Assembly: GCA_905178155.1 (NCBI GenBank)
Contig: CAJINV010000008.1
Coordinates: forward strand, 1,922,001-1,986,000
Length of the DNA stretch: 64,000 nucleotides
Source of the DNA: Amoebophrya sp. A120
Lineage: Eukaryota > Protista > Dinoflagellata
Direction of reading: 5' to 3'
In this document: positions 22,545 through 36,300 of the stretch, piece by piece
Layout of the letters: each line of letters opens with the position of its first letter
How positions within the stretch are numbered: position 1 is the stretch's first letter
The notes under the pieces: model-generated
What the model was told of the DNA's origin: nothing
Seen by the model: the letters and a program-made list of their open reading frames with translations, nothing else
Databases searched by the model: none
Made by a program: the position numbers and the translations under genes

Positions 22545-25129
22545 TCTTGTCGTACTGTGCTCATAGTGTCGGAGGTTGCTCTGATTGAGTGCGCCACGGC
22601 TTTGGATTTTCACCGTCCCTCCGAGCGACACGCCTCTTCGTTGTCGGGCATAAAAATCTTGATAGTACGAAGCATTGTGTTCGTTTCTTCTCGACGCACT
22701 GCACAACGAAGGACAGCAGCGTAGGAAGTTGTAGTGGAATAGCGGAAGTCCCTTCTTCCGTCGCTTGGCTTTTGTTGTTCGGCGCGCCCGCCGCCCGTCC
22801 CGGCACCCACACCGCGTGCTCCGGCACCAATGCAGAAAGACAATCAGGAACGATGGCCACCTCCGCGGGTTGAAACGACGCTGGCACTTCTGAAACCAGC
22901 GCCGGTGCTCCTCTCTCTGTGCGCGGGCCCCCGCATCTCCCCGGGCAGCCGAAAGTGTCGCTTTGTGTCTTCTCTTCTTCAATGTCAATATGCAATTTAC
23001 AAATCAAGCACCCCCACCCACAGATCGTCAGTACGCAAGACGTGGTGCAACCACGAATCGGCCTCTGTAAAAATGCGACAACGGCAAAACCTTCTCGGAT
23101 AGATAGGACAAAAGGCCCAGGTTTTTAAGCCAGTTAATTTTTGTTGCTGCATCAATCGATGATCCTGTCCATAAATATCTCGTCAGTGAACCATGATACA
23201 TTTGATGGCGAGGGCACAAGGTCATTCTATACTCTTCCGCACGCTTCTCGTAATTTCATCTCGTGTCCTCGGCGAATCGTGCCTCAGGCGGTGGTGGTTC
23301 GCGTCAAAATTGCGCCCCCACACCCGCCCACGATTCGAACGGTGTCGTCCGCGATCGTGAAAGTTAGGCTCTTCGTCCGTACAACTCGCGTGCTGCTGCT
23401 GCTGCTGCTGCTGCCGTGCTACAGGGGTAACGATGCGATGTGCGGGAGTTACTAACGTGCCGCGGCGGTAATCGTGCCGCTGCTGGCTGCCTGGTTCCGT
23501 GCGGTCGCGCACCGGCTTTTTCTGCAATGCCGGAGCCACACCGTGGCCCTTCTTGAGCATCATCTTCTATCTTGTTTGAGGGACGCGGCCGCTCGCCCCC
23601 TGCATGGAAATTGTCGTCGCGTGGCGACGGACAACTACCTTTTCTTCGGTCGACGTCGACAATCTTTCCTCATCCTCGCTCTCGTTCGCTGCAAAAGATA
23701 AAGAGGTCGTCATCCTTATCACGAAGATAAGAGCGCTCGCAATCGAAACCGCCTCCCGGCTCGGCGTGGCCGTTGCCTTTGCCGGCAAGTTTTTCTCCTG
23801 CCTCACACGACAATGTACATCTTCTGCAACGACATTCTCCATCTTCGTTCATCCACCGTTGACGATCATAAGCGGAAACAAACTTCTTGAGCTTTCCAGC
23901 AGGTGAAGGTCACCTTCGGTGGAAAGCGAAGGTCCCCTAGCCCTACACCTTCGGTGCTGCACTATCATACTTAAAATACTACATATTCGCGATTAGAAGA
24001 CTTTGCACATCACTTAGATCGCTACAGAACCTTCAAAAATGCATAGTGCCTACGCCTCTAGCAGAAGAAGAAAAATTTTCTCCCGAGTCGCAGTTGTCTC
24101 CAAAAGTGGCTCTTGATTTTGATCGCTACTCTCTCACATTAGTATTGGAACCATTGAGCCATTTCTTTGCGCTTCAACGACTTCAAGCACCAACCGATCT
24201 TCAGATCATCTTCGACGACTCTACAGGCAAAAACCACGACCCAATCCATTGGCGATCGAACGAGAAAAAAAGACATGCAAGCAAAAGATTCGCACGCGCG
24301 CTGCAAAACGATACCTGCATGCAGCATCAAATAAAATGAAATGTTGGTGATACAGCTGCTCCTCGCGGCACCACAGCAAAACCGACAATTTTCTTTCGGT
24401 GGGTCGGTGGATTTTCACGAAAAAAAAATTTTTGCCGTTGCACGACGAGGGGCAGTCGTACAATACAAGTCTTTTTGCCCCTCATTTTCCTGGTCCCTCT
24501 TGTCTCACCGGCGCGCAGCGTCTACTAGCTGTGGGATCTTCTACACCGCTCTCGTTCGTGTGAGCGACGCTTTTATCGGCGCAGGTCGTAAATCAATGTC
24601 GTGGTCTAAAGACCTGTCAGTCATGATCCAGTCTTCATCCATTCTGAGACGCCAAGTCCTAGGAGAACACAACGAGAAATCCCAGAAATGACAGATATTT
24701 TGCAGCAGTACGCAGCCTTAAGTGGACGAAGTCCCGGACTGCTAAGCAATAATCCATTGGGCTACTTCTGCTGGGAAAGACATTTTATCTTCCCAAAAAT
24801 TCTATTCATATGTCACCCGTGAGGTTCTTTGATATGCTCTCAAATCCCACTTGTCTACGGCAGCAGGTCATAGCAGTCGTACTGAGTTTCTCAATCTTCG
24901 AAAGGAGGTTCGCAGCAAGCAGCAAAGCGGAATCTCGTCCGAGCATTGATCATTTATATGTAGTAGATTTACTAATCCTAGCGTGAAAACCAATCCACGA
25001 AAATTTCCCAAAAACACTTCTCATGAAAAATGTCGCCGGACAAAATAACAGGCTTCGCTTATCATGGCCACGACCAGCGCTTCCCGTCGTGCATCGAAGA
25101 ACGAAGGTGGTTTGATGAAATCTGTGTCG

Positions 25130-28100
25130 CTATGATGTTTGCTCGACCGGCGGTGGCGGCGGCGGTTGCGCCGCGTCGCCTGCTGCAGCCGGGTTGCCGG
25201 CCATCGCCATGGGATTCATTCCGCTTTGCATCATTTGCTGCATCAGCTGCTGCTGTTGCATCATCATCTGCTGCATCATTTGCTGCTGCTGCGGGTCCAG
25301 GTTCTGCATTTGTGCGGCCATCATCATCGGGTTCCACGTATGCCAGAGAAAAAAGCCAGCATGGCATATTTGAAAAAAAAGGAAAACAAAGAGCGACAAT
25401 ACACAGGCAACATTTTTCGAGGCCCCGCCCAACATAGGAAGCTGTTTAGAATGAAGGCTATGGTGCAAGACAAACTGAAACTTATTGCCATGCCCATGTG
25501 TATATTTTTGCATGATCATTATCAAACATGGCAGGCTCGCTTTATTCTTTTCTGGGATACATAGCGCCCGGCTGCATGCCAGGAGGCCCCGGTTGTCCCC
25601 CTGCCATCGGGTTATTATTCATGTTCATGCCGGGCCCGCCAGGTCCCATGCCGGGGGCGCCCATCATCCCGCCACCACCTCCCATGGGTCCCCCCATGCC
25701 GCCGCCGCCACCGTGCCCTTGCGGAACCATATTTGGGTTGTTTGGGTCGCCATACTTTCCGCCGTAATTGTTGCCGTCCTTACTGTTGTTCCAACCGCCC
25801 TTTCCGCCGTCATTTTGGTTGTAGTTATTGCTCCAGCCTCCTTTGTTGTAGCCCTTGTTAAAGCTTTTACCCTGCGAAAAGAAGAATGAATATGAATTTT
25901 TTTTTCAGTGTCTCCTTTTCCACAACGACGAACGAATCGCGTGTCTGCGTGTCTTTTCCAACTTCATTTCATGAGGTCTAGTACTTTCATTTTGTCCAAA
26001 CGTACTTACATTGTGTGTAAGTGTATTGAAAACTGTAATATATAACTTCTGGTAGTGGTGCCCAACATCTCCTACAAAAACTACTGATAGGTCGCGTTTG
26101 GAAGTAAGTACCTTTCCCTTGCCGCCATCGAACTTTCCTCCGCCTTTACTCATGTCGCGCATCTGCTCGCACTCTTTGACTCGCTCTTCGACAATCTTCG
26201 CGGCCACGGCCACCTGGTCGGGTGCGCCGGGTCCGACCTTCAACTTGCCGCAATTCACGGTCGGGTCGCGAGAGGGGTTCTGCGAAATAGACACCGACAT
26301 CTGCGGTATCCCGGAAGCTGCAAAAGACGCTTTTAACCTTTCAATGCCACTCCCCTGCGATCCGATCATCTGCAATGGTTTTTGATGCGAGAATTTTCTG
26401 TATGCTGGTACAGTTTCGGTTTCCTATGATCTTCACGAAAAATAACATTAAGAGAATGAATACTCCCAGCCACAGAAAAATATTTTCGCGGCCGAAAGCA
26501 GCACCATGAGCGACGCCCATGACGCTTTCGCTTGCGAATGAACAACGCGGAACATGGGGTGATCTTTAGCTCATCGATAAAATGCGAATACCGCGCCCAT
26601 CAGCTCTTTCGGCACTTCGACCTCGGCCACTTCCATGCCCGGAGGGCAGTAATCGCCCGCGCCGCTGTTGTATCCACCTTTCTTCCCGCCCTCGCCGCCA
26701 CTGTATCCGCCTGCGCCCTTGTGTGACGCGGCGCCCGGGTCACCGCCGGCTGCCATCTGCTGAAAAGTAAGCGGGTTGGTCCGCGGCCGCTGCCCGAGCA
26801 GCTCCTCTGATTTCATCTGAATCAGTTCCTCGCACTTCGCAATAATGTCTGGCGGCGCGGGACCCACACGGAGCACGCCCTGCGGTCGTAATCGTATGGA
26901 GTTTTTTTATCAAGTAAGCACCCAAGCTTGCGTGGTGAGAGAGGTAGAGCCACCATCATTATTTTTGGAAGTATCCACAACAGCTTTCGATACCAGAACA
27001 CACGAGAAGCGCTTCGAATGCGGTGCGCGGTTCTGATCATCAAGAAATATGAAAATGAATATCTACTTTGATCGCCACAAATAAAACATAGATACTTCTG
27101 ACGCCGTCCCCACTTTGGGCTGCGAGGCAATTTCGATGCGGACTTTGGCCGCTTTTCGGATTTGTGCGAGCGTGCTTTGTCTTGGGCCGATAATTCCGCC
27201 CATCAAGGTCGCTGGAATGGTGAGTTCTTTTACTATGCCGCCCGGGTATGCCGGCCCCAGGTCCTGAAGTTCGGCCAATTGCGCTGCTGCGTCAATCTCC
27301 TTCGCGACGATGGCAACATACTCTCCCCTCTCGTCAAGCATGGTTGGTGGTATGTTCGCGGGTACGCCGGTCGCCTGTGCCTGCGCTTGTCCTGCAGAAG
27401 TTGTATTTTTAAGGTGGTCTTATTTTTTGACCAATGACTTGCAATTTGGGTTTATTGCTTGCATATACCGTACAAATACTTCATTTACCTGACCACGTGT
27501 GTGTCCTAAGCGCATTATTTCATCCTTTCTGCAATCACACTGATTCACAGCAGGTTCTCAACGAACAAGCAGAAAAGCTAGCAGCAACACCAAATCACAT
27601 CAGCAGACAAGGCTGCATTTTTACAAGCTTCAGTACCTCTGGCAACGTAGTCGAGAAGTTTTTCGTTGACGAGCGTAACGCATTGATCGACACTCTCTAA
27701 TGCGCCAGGACCTATCTGCAGTTTTCCAAAGGGCATCTGCGGGTTGCTTATTACCTGTGAACAATGAAGCATATTGTTATTGCGTATTGAAGATACCTGC
27801 CCGCAGGCGCTAGAGCACAAGCGAAAAATGGGATGGAAACAACATCATTCGAGTGGTCCGCTAATTTTGCTTTCCCGACTGTAATTATCTTCCATCGCGA
27901 TTGACAACCAGCAACCACACTAAGAATGATTTGCAAAAGTACAGAAGCAGAGCCCGAAAGTGAGTCATACCTGCACGTGAACGCCTGTCGCTTGTCTGAA
28001 TGTAGAAATTGTGGCTCCTTTTGGTCCTATTACGTGGCCCATCACAGCAGAGGGTATTTCCATTTCTTTGCTGATTCCGCTATTTGGCTTGCTATGTCCG

Positions 28101-28598
28101 CCTCCAGAAACACCCGCACGAAGTTGCTGTTGTGTATGAAGAAAGAAAAATTGACTCTTTTTAGCAGGAATTTTCGCACAAGCTACCAAAACTGTCTTAT
28201 GCATTCATTGAGCATGTGGTCTGCGGGTGGTGGTCGACTTCTGCACACTCCCATCAGCTACAAATGTTTCGAAACATTCTAGAAGCCTTCAACAAGAATG
28301 GAGAGATGGCCAACAAGGACCACGACCAGCGCAACCCTGGCTGAGACTGGTCGTGACAGCATTAAGTTTATTGCATAGCACCAGAAACAAGTTCACACTG
28401 AAGTTGTACCTGTGGCGTTTGGGAAACCCCTCCGGAAGGTACTGAACCATACTGAGGCGCAGCCTTGAAGGTGTCGGTGACCCAATCCGGCACCTCGGCC
28501 GCAGCTTGATCGACGTTGTTCTCCTCGTCAGCATCGGCCCACTTGCTCTTTCTGGTTCGCCGCCGACTGCGGCTCCTTTTTCTGCTGTTTTCTTCCAT
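25130..28598 (-). CDS. Three-KH-domain RNA-binding protein (FUBP/KHSRP-like) with Gly/Pro/Met/Gln-rich tail
   Basis: KH signatures EIPSAVMGHVIGPKGATI, TIPATLMGGIIGPRQSTL and EVPKELMGA|MIGSQGSGI on successive exons; N-terminal RKSKW; flanking introns look GT-AG. Confidence 0.85.
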
Positions 28599-30373
28599 CT
28601 CAACAACGGTGTTCGTTGTTGATTGATTTCTTTTTTTTGTTTGAAAAAGATGATGACTGTTTGATTCAAAATTATATTACTCGAGGACTTTTATTGTTGA
28701 AAGGATTTTATTTCCTTAGGTTTGGAAAGTGAATCTCTTATTTTTTCCGCATTCAGATGTTGAAAATGGAGGAAGCGACCGGAACTCTTGGATTGTGTCC
28801 GATTTGATCCGAGGTAACTTCAAAAACGACAAAGCCCAACATAGAGGAGGACTTCTGAACGTAAGTTAGTGATTCGTCACTTGTTTGGGGGAGTAAAACT
28901 CCTGTTCTCAATAGTGAATGGGGGAGATGGTATTGTGGGAAATCAGCTATATTCTTTTTCGTCAGCAACTTCTGCTTTAGTTTGTTTCGTTTCTGCTCGT
29001 CACGACACCTTCTTTCATCTTTTTTTTCATAATTCAACAGATAGATTGACACGACAGACAGTCTCCGGGATTCGCCTTCTTTTTGATGGGGAAAATAAAA
29101 TCAACTTTGTCCAGGCTGTGCCGCAGCTTTATTTTCGCGATTTGTCAATAGAGCGTGCGAGCTATCATAATAGAAAAATGCTGACCCACATTTTCATTTC
29201 GGTTCTTGTCTAGAAGTGCAGGCTGCAAAATCATCTTTTGCAATATATTTTTGAACCGAAGATCGAAAAAAGAAACCACGACGATTTTGCAAAAAAAAAA
29301 TTGTGCGCTCTGAGTGTCCGTGAAAAAATCTACATCATGTTATTGTAGTCGGCGTCTGCCTTCTTTGAAGAAGGTGGCACACACATCAAGATACGCCATC
29401 TGCATATCTTGTGGAGGTAATAAATCTAAATTATCCATACAGCAGCACTAGCGAATCTTCTTGTGGGCTGCAAACTAGATGAGCCGTCCAGTGCGATTTC
29501 GTTTCTCTCTTACGTATAATGGAGCTGAGATTTTTTTGGATCCAAATTTAACATATGTATTTTGCGCGATAGCGCTCTTCCATACTCAATTCTAGAACAG
29601 GTGGCGTGAAAGGAACTTCTTCAGCGCGGTACGGTTAGTTGTACTTAACTTTAGCATCCGGATCGATTTTTGCGTGCAAAATTGCCTTGTCCGTGTGCCT
29701 AAACTAAATTGCGCCAAAAAGAAAGGGACGGAACTACTGCCGTGGCAGTGGCCACGCAATTATTTCGAAAGTACAACTTAGAACAGCTGCGCACTCGTGT
29801 TGATTCCTTGCGCAACCGAGTCAAGCACTTCTGCGCAAGCGGGCGACCTGCCCACGCAAAGCCGCCCATGAGTTTGATTCAGGTATGCCGTTGTAGTGTA
29901 CATGATTCGCCGACACGACATAGACGTAGCATCTTTATCTTCTACCAAAATGCATGAAACAGTAATAATGACAAGAGCGAAAGATTCTGAATCCTCGCTT
30001 GTTTATTTTACATGTGAGGCAACGGCAGAAAAAAATCACATCGACCTTTCGTGTTCAAAAATCCTAGAAAACTGCATGCATGACAACGTCATACTCTGTC
30101 GTTCTTCTGCTATTCAATTCTTAGTCACTATACACTTTCAGAAAAACGCAGTATAATTTTCATATCGCCAGGTTCGTTTCAAATAGGTGAATGATGGATA
30201 AACTTAAAGTTCGCTATGCCAGAAGAAAGAAAAATTATCGTGAAACAAGTAAAACGTCAAGATTTAGTGGCTAGTCGCACAGGTTGACATAAGATAGTCG
30301 ATAGTAGTAGGAACAATAATATAAAATCATGACCGGATCGAACCCCGGCGTGTTCTTGTCTTGGTGCCCATTA

Positions 30374-33300
30374 TTAACGCGTGGGACTTACGTCTTCTTG
30401 CACGCCGGGCTCGAGAAACGACGAAGCTCGCGTCTGGACCGCTTGTCTCTTCCCTTGCTCCTTTAGTTCGGTTTGATAGTCGGCTACTTTTGCTACTTGA
30501 TCCGGAAAAAACCGCCGCGCCGCCTCCCTGCCCAAATTGTGTCGTCCGGTCTTCATCCCTGACCACCCAAGGACTCTTAGTTCTCGACTCAGGCCATTTC
30601 GCCACATGTTGATCCCGCGCTCCACGACTGCTGCTTTTCGTAACACCTCCTCCTTCCGGGCATCTGGGGCCCGCCAGCAGTGCGATCCGCCGAACACCGA
30701 GCCACTGGCATCGAGGAGAAAGACTGGGGAGCCGATATCCAACTGCACCCCTGCGTCCTCCTTGCCGGCAACGCACGACCGCACACCCATGCTCGTCTCC
30801 CCGGGTGCTTGTGCGACGGAGAGCAGGGACGCAAACCGCGCCGCTTCCTCGTTCGTAACAAACACGAAGACGTACTCAGTTTGTGGTGAAGAATCTAAAT
30901 TCAGCAGTTGCTTCTCTTGAAGAAACGACGGCGCTTGTTGTATCGCGGCCAGTCTTTGCCGCTCCACTGCAGCGGCGGCCGACCTGGCCACCGCTGTCTC
31001 ACCATCGGACTTGACATTCATCGAGGTTGTTGCAATCTCGGTTGTAGTAGCCATTTCAGTAGTGAAAGACGCATCAGATGCGGCCATACCATTACCGGTG
31101 GTCCCCTCCGCATCCTCCAGAAACGCCAGCTGCTCTTTGCTGTGCTCTAGTACTGAAGCCACATCCTCATTCATCTGCTCTTCGGGTCGTGCCACTAGCA
31201 CTGCCTCCCCTGTATCAGACAGCGCTACCGCGGACGTCCCCTCACTCGTCTTTACGTTTGGGTTCGGTTCCCTTGGCGCGAGGAACTTCTTCGAGGGATC
31301 ATGCGGGACCTTTCCGATATCTGCAATCATGTCGCCAAATGCGGACGCAAACTGTTGCAAGAAGCTAGAAAAAGAAAATCCACTGCTAGGCGTCGCACTT
31401 CCATCCCCCACAACAAGTGTGTCGCTTGCGTCTTGTTTTCCCTGACGGTGTTCACTCGTTGCTTGTTCACGACCTTCTACTTTCCCACTGCCCTCGATTA
31501 TTTCGTCGCTGCTGTCGGAGTCGGACCGAGCTGCACTGTTCTGAGACTCTTGCATCAACTCATCAGATTTAGTTTCATACTGTAAAAGGGACCCCCTGTC
31601 TTCTTCTTCAGCTAATTTTGGGCTGTAGAAGTACTGCTCCGGGTGGTTCGTTGGTGCGCTCATGTGGACCCGGAGTGCGCGATCTTCTTGGAGAAACGAC
31701 TTCAAGGCGCGGTCGGTACCGAAGTGCGCAGCAGCGGAGCTGCGCTCGCCGGCAGACTCGCTCTCGTCCTCGTCACCATGATCAACACCTTTCGGGAACT
31801 GAGTTTTTCCTGTGGTGAGTCCACCACCTTGGACAAAAGAGGAAGAGTGTGTTGCAATGCCCAATTCCGCTCCTCCGCGCGGAGGCATTTGAAGGAGTAT
31901 CCCACGGGTAGGCAACTGCATTTTCGGCGAAAAAAACAATTTCTCCGGATCAATGCCGTCCCAGACGCTCGTGAGGTCATTGGAAACAAAGATCTGGTCG
32001 CCCCCCAACAGCAGGCCTTGTTGAATCGGCTGCTTCAGCCACTTCCACACGTCATCACCCTCGTCCCGTCCCTTTGCCAGCAACAGTTGTGCTGCGCTCC
32101 GTGCGTACTTTGGTAGGCTACTTGCGAGGCCTCGCAACAATTGCAGGCTGCTGCTTCTCGCTGCAGTAGCCCTCGCCCACGTCGCTTGGTGCGCTACCGC
32201 GTGCGTCCACGCGCTCGCTGCTAGCCCGTAGCTGATCGCGATCACGCCGGCCACAGCAGACACGTATCCACTGCAACTATGTCTAGGTCTGGAAACTTGT
32301 AATGCTAGGCTGTGAAAAATGAACGCTCTGCAATGCACAGCGAAGCATAAGAAATATTTGCCCAGCTACGTGACGCGCATCCCGCATGACGTTTTTGCAT
32401 GACAAGCAAAATGGCCACTTCGTGGACACGACGCATCATACATACATAAGCTCTACAATAACAGTCATGACAAACCTAGCATTCTTCAAGAACCTGAAGA
32501 CATCTTCTTTGCGTTTGATAACGAGGCACTCACCACCATCTCGGCACGTACGCTTCCCAGGGCACGTCGTTCCGGGTCCGTAGAAATTTGGGAGAGCTTC
32601 ATCAGGTCCCCCTCCGCGCAAACGCCGTTAAACGGCATTTGAAACTCATCACGCCACATGTCGTGCACGGCCTCGCAATTCTTGAACCGGACTACGCCAA
32701 ACCCGTGGGTCGGATTGGGCTTGATCTCGCCGTTCGACGTGTCCATCTCCTGCAAATATCACAAGGGAAAATCTCCTGAGACCCCCCCCCTACACAGTTC
32801 TATTCTCGAGCTGGACGATCATGATGCACTTGCAGAGATGGTAAGTCAGTAGCGCAGCAGGGTATTGTAAATTCAATAAGTTCTTGCACAACTACAGGCG
32901 GACGACCGGCCCGCACGTCCACCTCCTGGATACAAACTTTCTCTCTTGTAGTAGAAGCGCGCTATTTGTCTAGCATGCCAGCAGACGAGTTCTCGACGCC
33001 TGTAAATTCTCTTTATCCTAGGACTAGACTAGTAACTAGCAACAGAAACTAAAGTGCCCCTGCAATGAATGGGCCAGAAATAATGTCTCGCCGCATTTTT
33101 ATTTTCTTACAAACATGGAACATGATTCGCGTGAGTGTGCCTGTGCCCAAATCACACAGAAGCAACTCTAGTTGTGTTGAGACGCGGCTTGGCGACGGGG
33201 ATTTTTCCTCACGATATCTGCTGTTCTTGCTCCTGCTCTTGCTCCTGCTGTTGGTTTTGCTCCTGCTGTTGGTTTTGCTCCTGCTGTTGCTCGGCACTCG

Positions 33301-36300
33301 TCTCGGCGCCTTCGGTCGTGCCCGGAATATCGCTGCCTTGCCCGGTGGCCTCGCCCGGTGGCGTTACCGGGACGGGAAGTTTGGCCGGGAGCCGCTTCTC
33401 GGCGTGCCGCTCCGCGTGCTCCACGTACATCATCACGGCCCGATCCAGGGCGCGGAGCAGGCTTTCCGGAATGTAGGCGGCAAAGTTCCACTTCATGTTC
33501 TGCACGAAAGAGCTTGCGGCGCTGCGCACCACTTTCAGCGCGTCGGCAAATGTCGTGGGCCGCCCATGCTCCTCCCATAAGCCCTTCTCAAGCGTGACCA
33601 CGAACCTCCGCGACTGCTCGTACAACGCCACAGCCACGTGGAGGGACGCGAAGGGAAGACCCTTACTGCTCAAGAATTCCTGCTTCTTCGTTCCTGCGGG
33701 GGCAGAAAAGGACGAGCCTCGGTCGCGCAAAATTCGGCTCACTTTCTTGAGGAAAATCCGGCCCAGAGACTTCAGCTGCATTCCGATGGCGGCAGGGAAA
33801 TCCTTCCGTTCCGCCTCCTCTTCGTCAAACCAGGCATACGCCGTCACATCGCGCACTAAAAGGGAGCGTGCCGCGAACCAGGTGCTGTGGCGGGCCTGGT
33901 AATCAACAGCATCTCTCCACTTGTTTAACATGAAGTTCACAAAACCAAAGCTATTAGGGTCACCCTTACTCTCCTTGTCCAGCTCAAGCTCGATGCTTGA
34001 AAAAAAGTGGCGCTTGAGAGCAGCACACGCTCTGCCGTCCTTGTCGGTGTTCTCGCTACTTGTTGCTTCTCTTTCTTCAACACACGCACGGTAGTGGTCG
34101 TCCCGAAACTTGTAGATCTGCCGCGCGGACTCCGCGTCCAGGAAGATGGTCAAGTACTGCGTCTGTGGCAGCTTCATGAGACCCCGCATGCGCGCGTCTC
34201 CCTGGGCGGTTTGCTGGGCGTTCGTGACACCGAGCCGCAGGGCGCGGCTTCCGTCCGCGTGCGGCAGATCGGAACCCACCGTGTGTGGCTGGTCGAAGTA
34301 GTTAACGAGCGCCACTTTCAAATCCTCGACGCTTGCAAATCCAGCGGCCTCTGCAATTTTCACGTGCCGCGAACCAATTACGGGTACCGGTGGGGGCAGT
34401 TTTTTTGCATCACACTGCCGAGCAAGGAAGTCCGATTGTTGTTGTTCCGCCCCACCTCCCTTGGACAATGAATTTTGATTGAGTTGTAATACAGCCGGCG
34501 GAAAGAGCTTCTGAAACTCGTAAAGGAAAACGGCGCTTTCCCCCGGCTTCACGTCTACGTAAAACGCAATCCACGTTTTTTTCTCGTTGTACTTGTGCCA
34601 AACGTACAGCAGCCGGCAGGCCACCTCAAGCACGTTCATTCCGAGCGCCCCAAAGTACGCACCTGTGTCGATGACGGCGCTGAAATCTGCTGCCCTCACT
34701 GGAGCCACTTTTCCAAGTCCCGGAGTGTTTTCCGCCACGCTTGCAAACTTTTTCTGTTTCTTCCCGGTCACCGCATCCCGCTCGTAGTAGGGCAATTTTC
34801 CTAATACTGCTTTTTTGTACTTTGCCGCGTGGTCATCATCCTCGTCCACGCCTTCGAGTGCACCGAAAACTCGTTCTAGCACCAAATCGGGCAGCTTCCA
34901 AGCGACCGCGCCGGGCGCAGCCTTGTCGACAATCACCGTCGTGCGCCCGTTGTTCAGGATGTTGCGCAGATCGTCCGCGGTGTCATACTCATTCTCGTAG
35001 GTGACCAGGAGGCCGTTGGAAGTCGTGTCCCGACGCACGGGCTCCTGCCAACAGAGGGCCCAGGTCTCCTTGTTGAGCCGCGTGCCACTGTACCCAACGG
35101 TCGCCTGGGCGAAGTGCGCGAGGTCCATCGGGCTGGCCGCGGCTTGCACCGGGTACGTGGACAGCTGATTTTTGTCGTTGAACACGGCCTGTTCCAGGTA
35201 CAGAAAGATCAGCTCCGCGGCTAACAGTTGTCGTTTTTCTTTCATTTTTTCATCTTGGCTACTAGCGCTCGTCCCGAGCCGCACGGACTCGACGGCGTTG
35301 CGCAGTGCCACGGTCGCCTCCACTTTGGGGAGCCTATTTCCTTCCTCGTCCTCGAAGTCCTCGTCCCACAGCTGCTCGGCGGCCGATCGCTCGTCGCGCG
35401 GCCGGGACTGGTAAAAAATTTCCCCCGACTGCAGCATTTTCAGCTCCTCGTCCAGCTGCTCTCTCAGCAAAGCGATATCGTTCTCTTCCAGAGTGGCAAC
35501 TCCGCCCTCGTCGGATTGCGAAGCTGTCGTCTGCCCGCCGCGCGGCGTCAAACCAGCACCAAACCTCTCCCGGAGCAACAGGAGAAGCGCGCGCGTGATC
35601 GGGTGCACGATCGGGGCAAGGCGCGCGCGCGCTTCCTCGGAATAGGCCGCCAGATCGCGGGCCCGTTCGTCGACGTCGAAGGGGGTCGAGAGGAAGCTGA
35701 GGATGGCATAGAGGGCAAATGAGTGATCTTAGAGAGTGCTGCTACCCCTAAAGAAAATCGCAGCCTGTCATGCGGATTTGCTATTTCCTCCTGATTTGTC
35801 ATGCAAAGAGCACACCAAAAGCAACGCCACTCCATGCGGTCCGGAATGATTTTTGGTGGGCGTTTTGCATCACAAAAAGAGCCATCTAGGCGAATCCGCA
35901 TGACAGGCTGCCTTTTTTCTTAGGACTAGCAGCAGTCGGGAAGATCACTCATTTCCCCTCCATAGATGGTCTTGCTGATCGCCTCGAGCCCGTCCTTGAA
36001 CAGCGAGCGCTCCGTATTGTGAGGAAAAATCTCCCCTCCCCATATTGAAAGCGCAGCAATCAAAAAATTTGCGATGCAGATTTGCGACCACAAATCGCGT
36101 CTGTCTTGCAAGAAGGCACGTTCAGGCTGTCCGGCACGTTATGCAGGAGGTTTGTAATGCTGTAGGGCCTACAGGGCAGCCGTCTACCATGCTAGGCGCC
36201 TACACCAAACGGCCCCAGCCTAGGCTTGCCATCTGCGTCCAGTGCTCTACTGCAACACAGATTTGATTTGTGTACTCAAATACAGCATCACAAGTTTCGT

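Noticed and set aside
22561-23842. Gene formed from ORFs 23567-23842, 23222-23563 and 22561-23007
   Set aside because: Interrupted by stops and a frame change with no identifiable intron ends or domain; unresolved.
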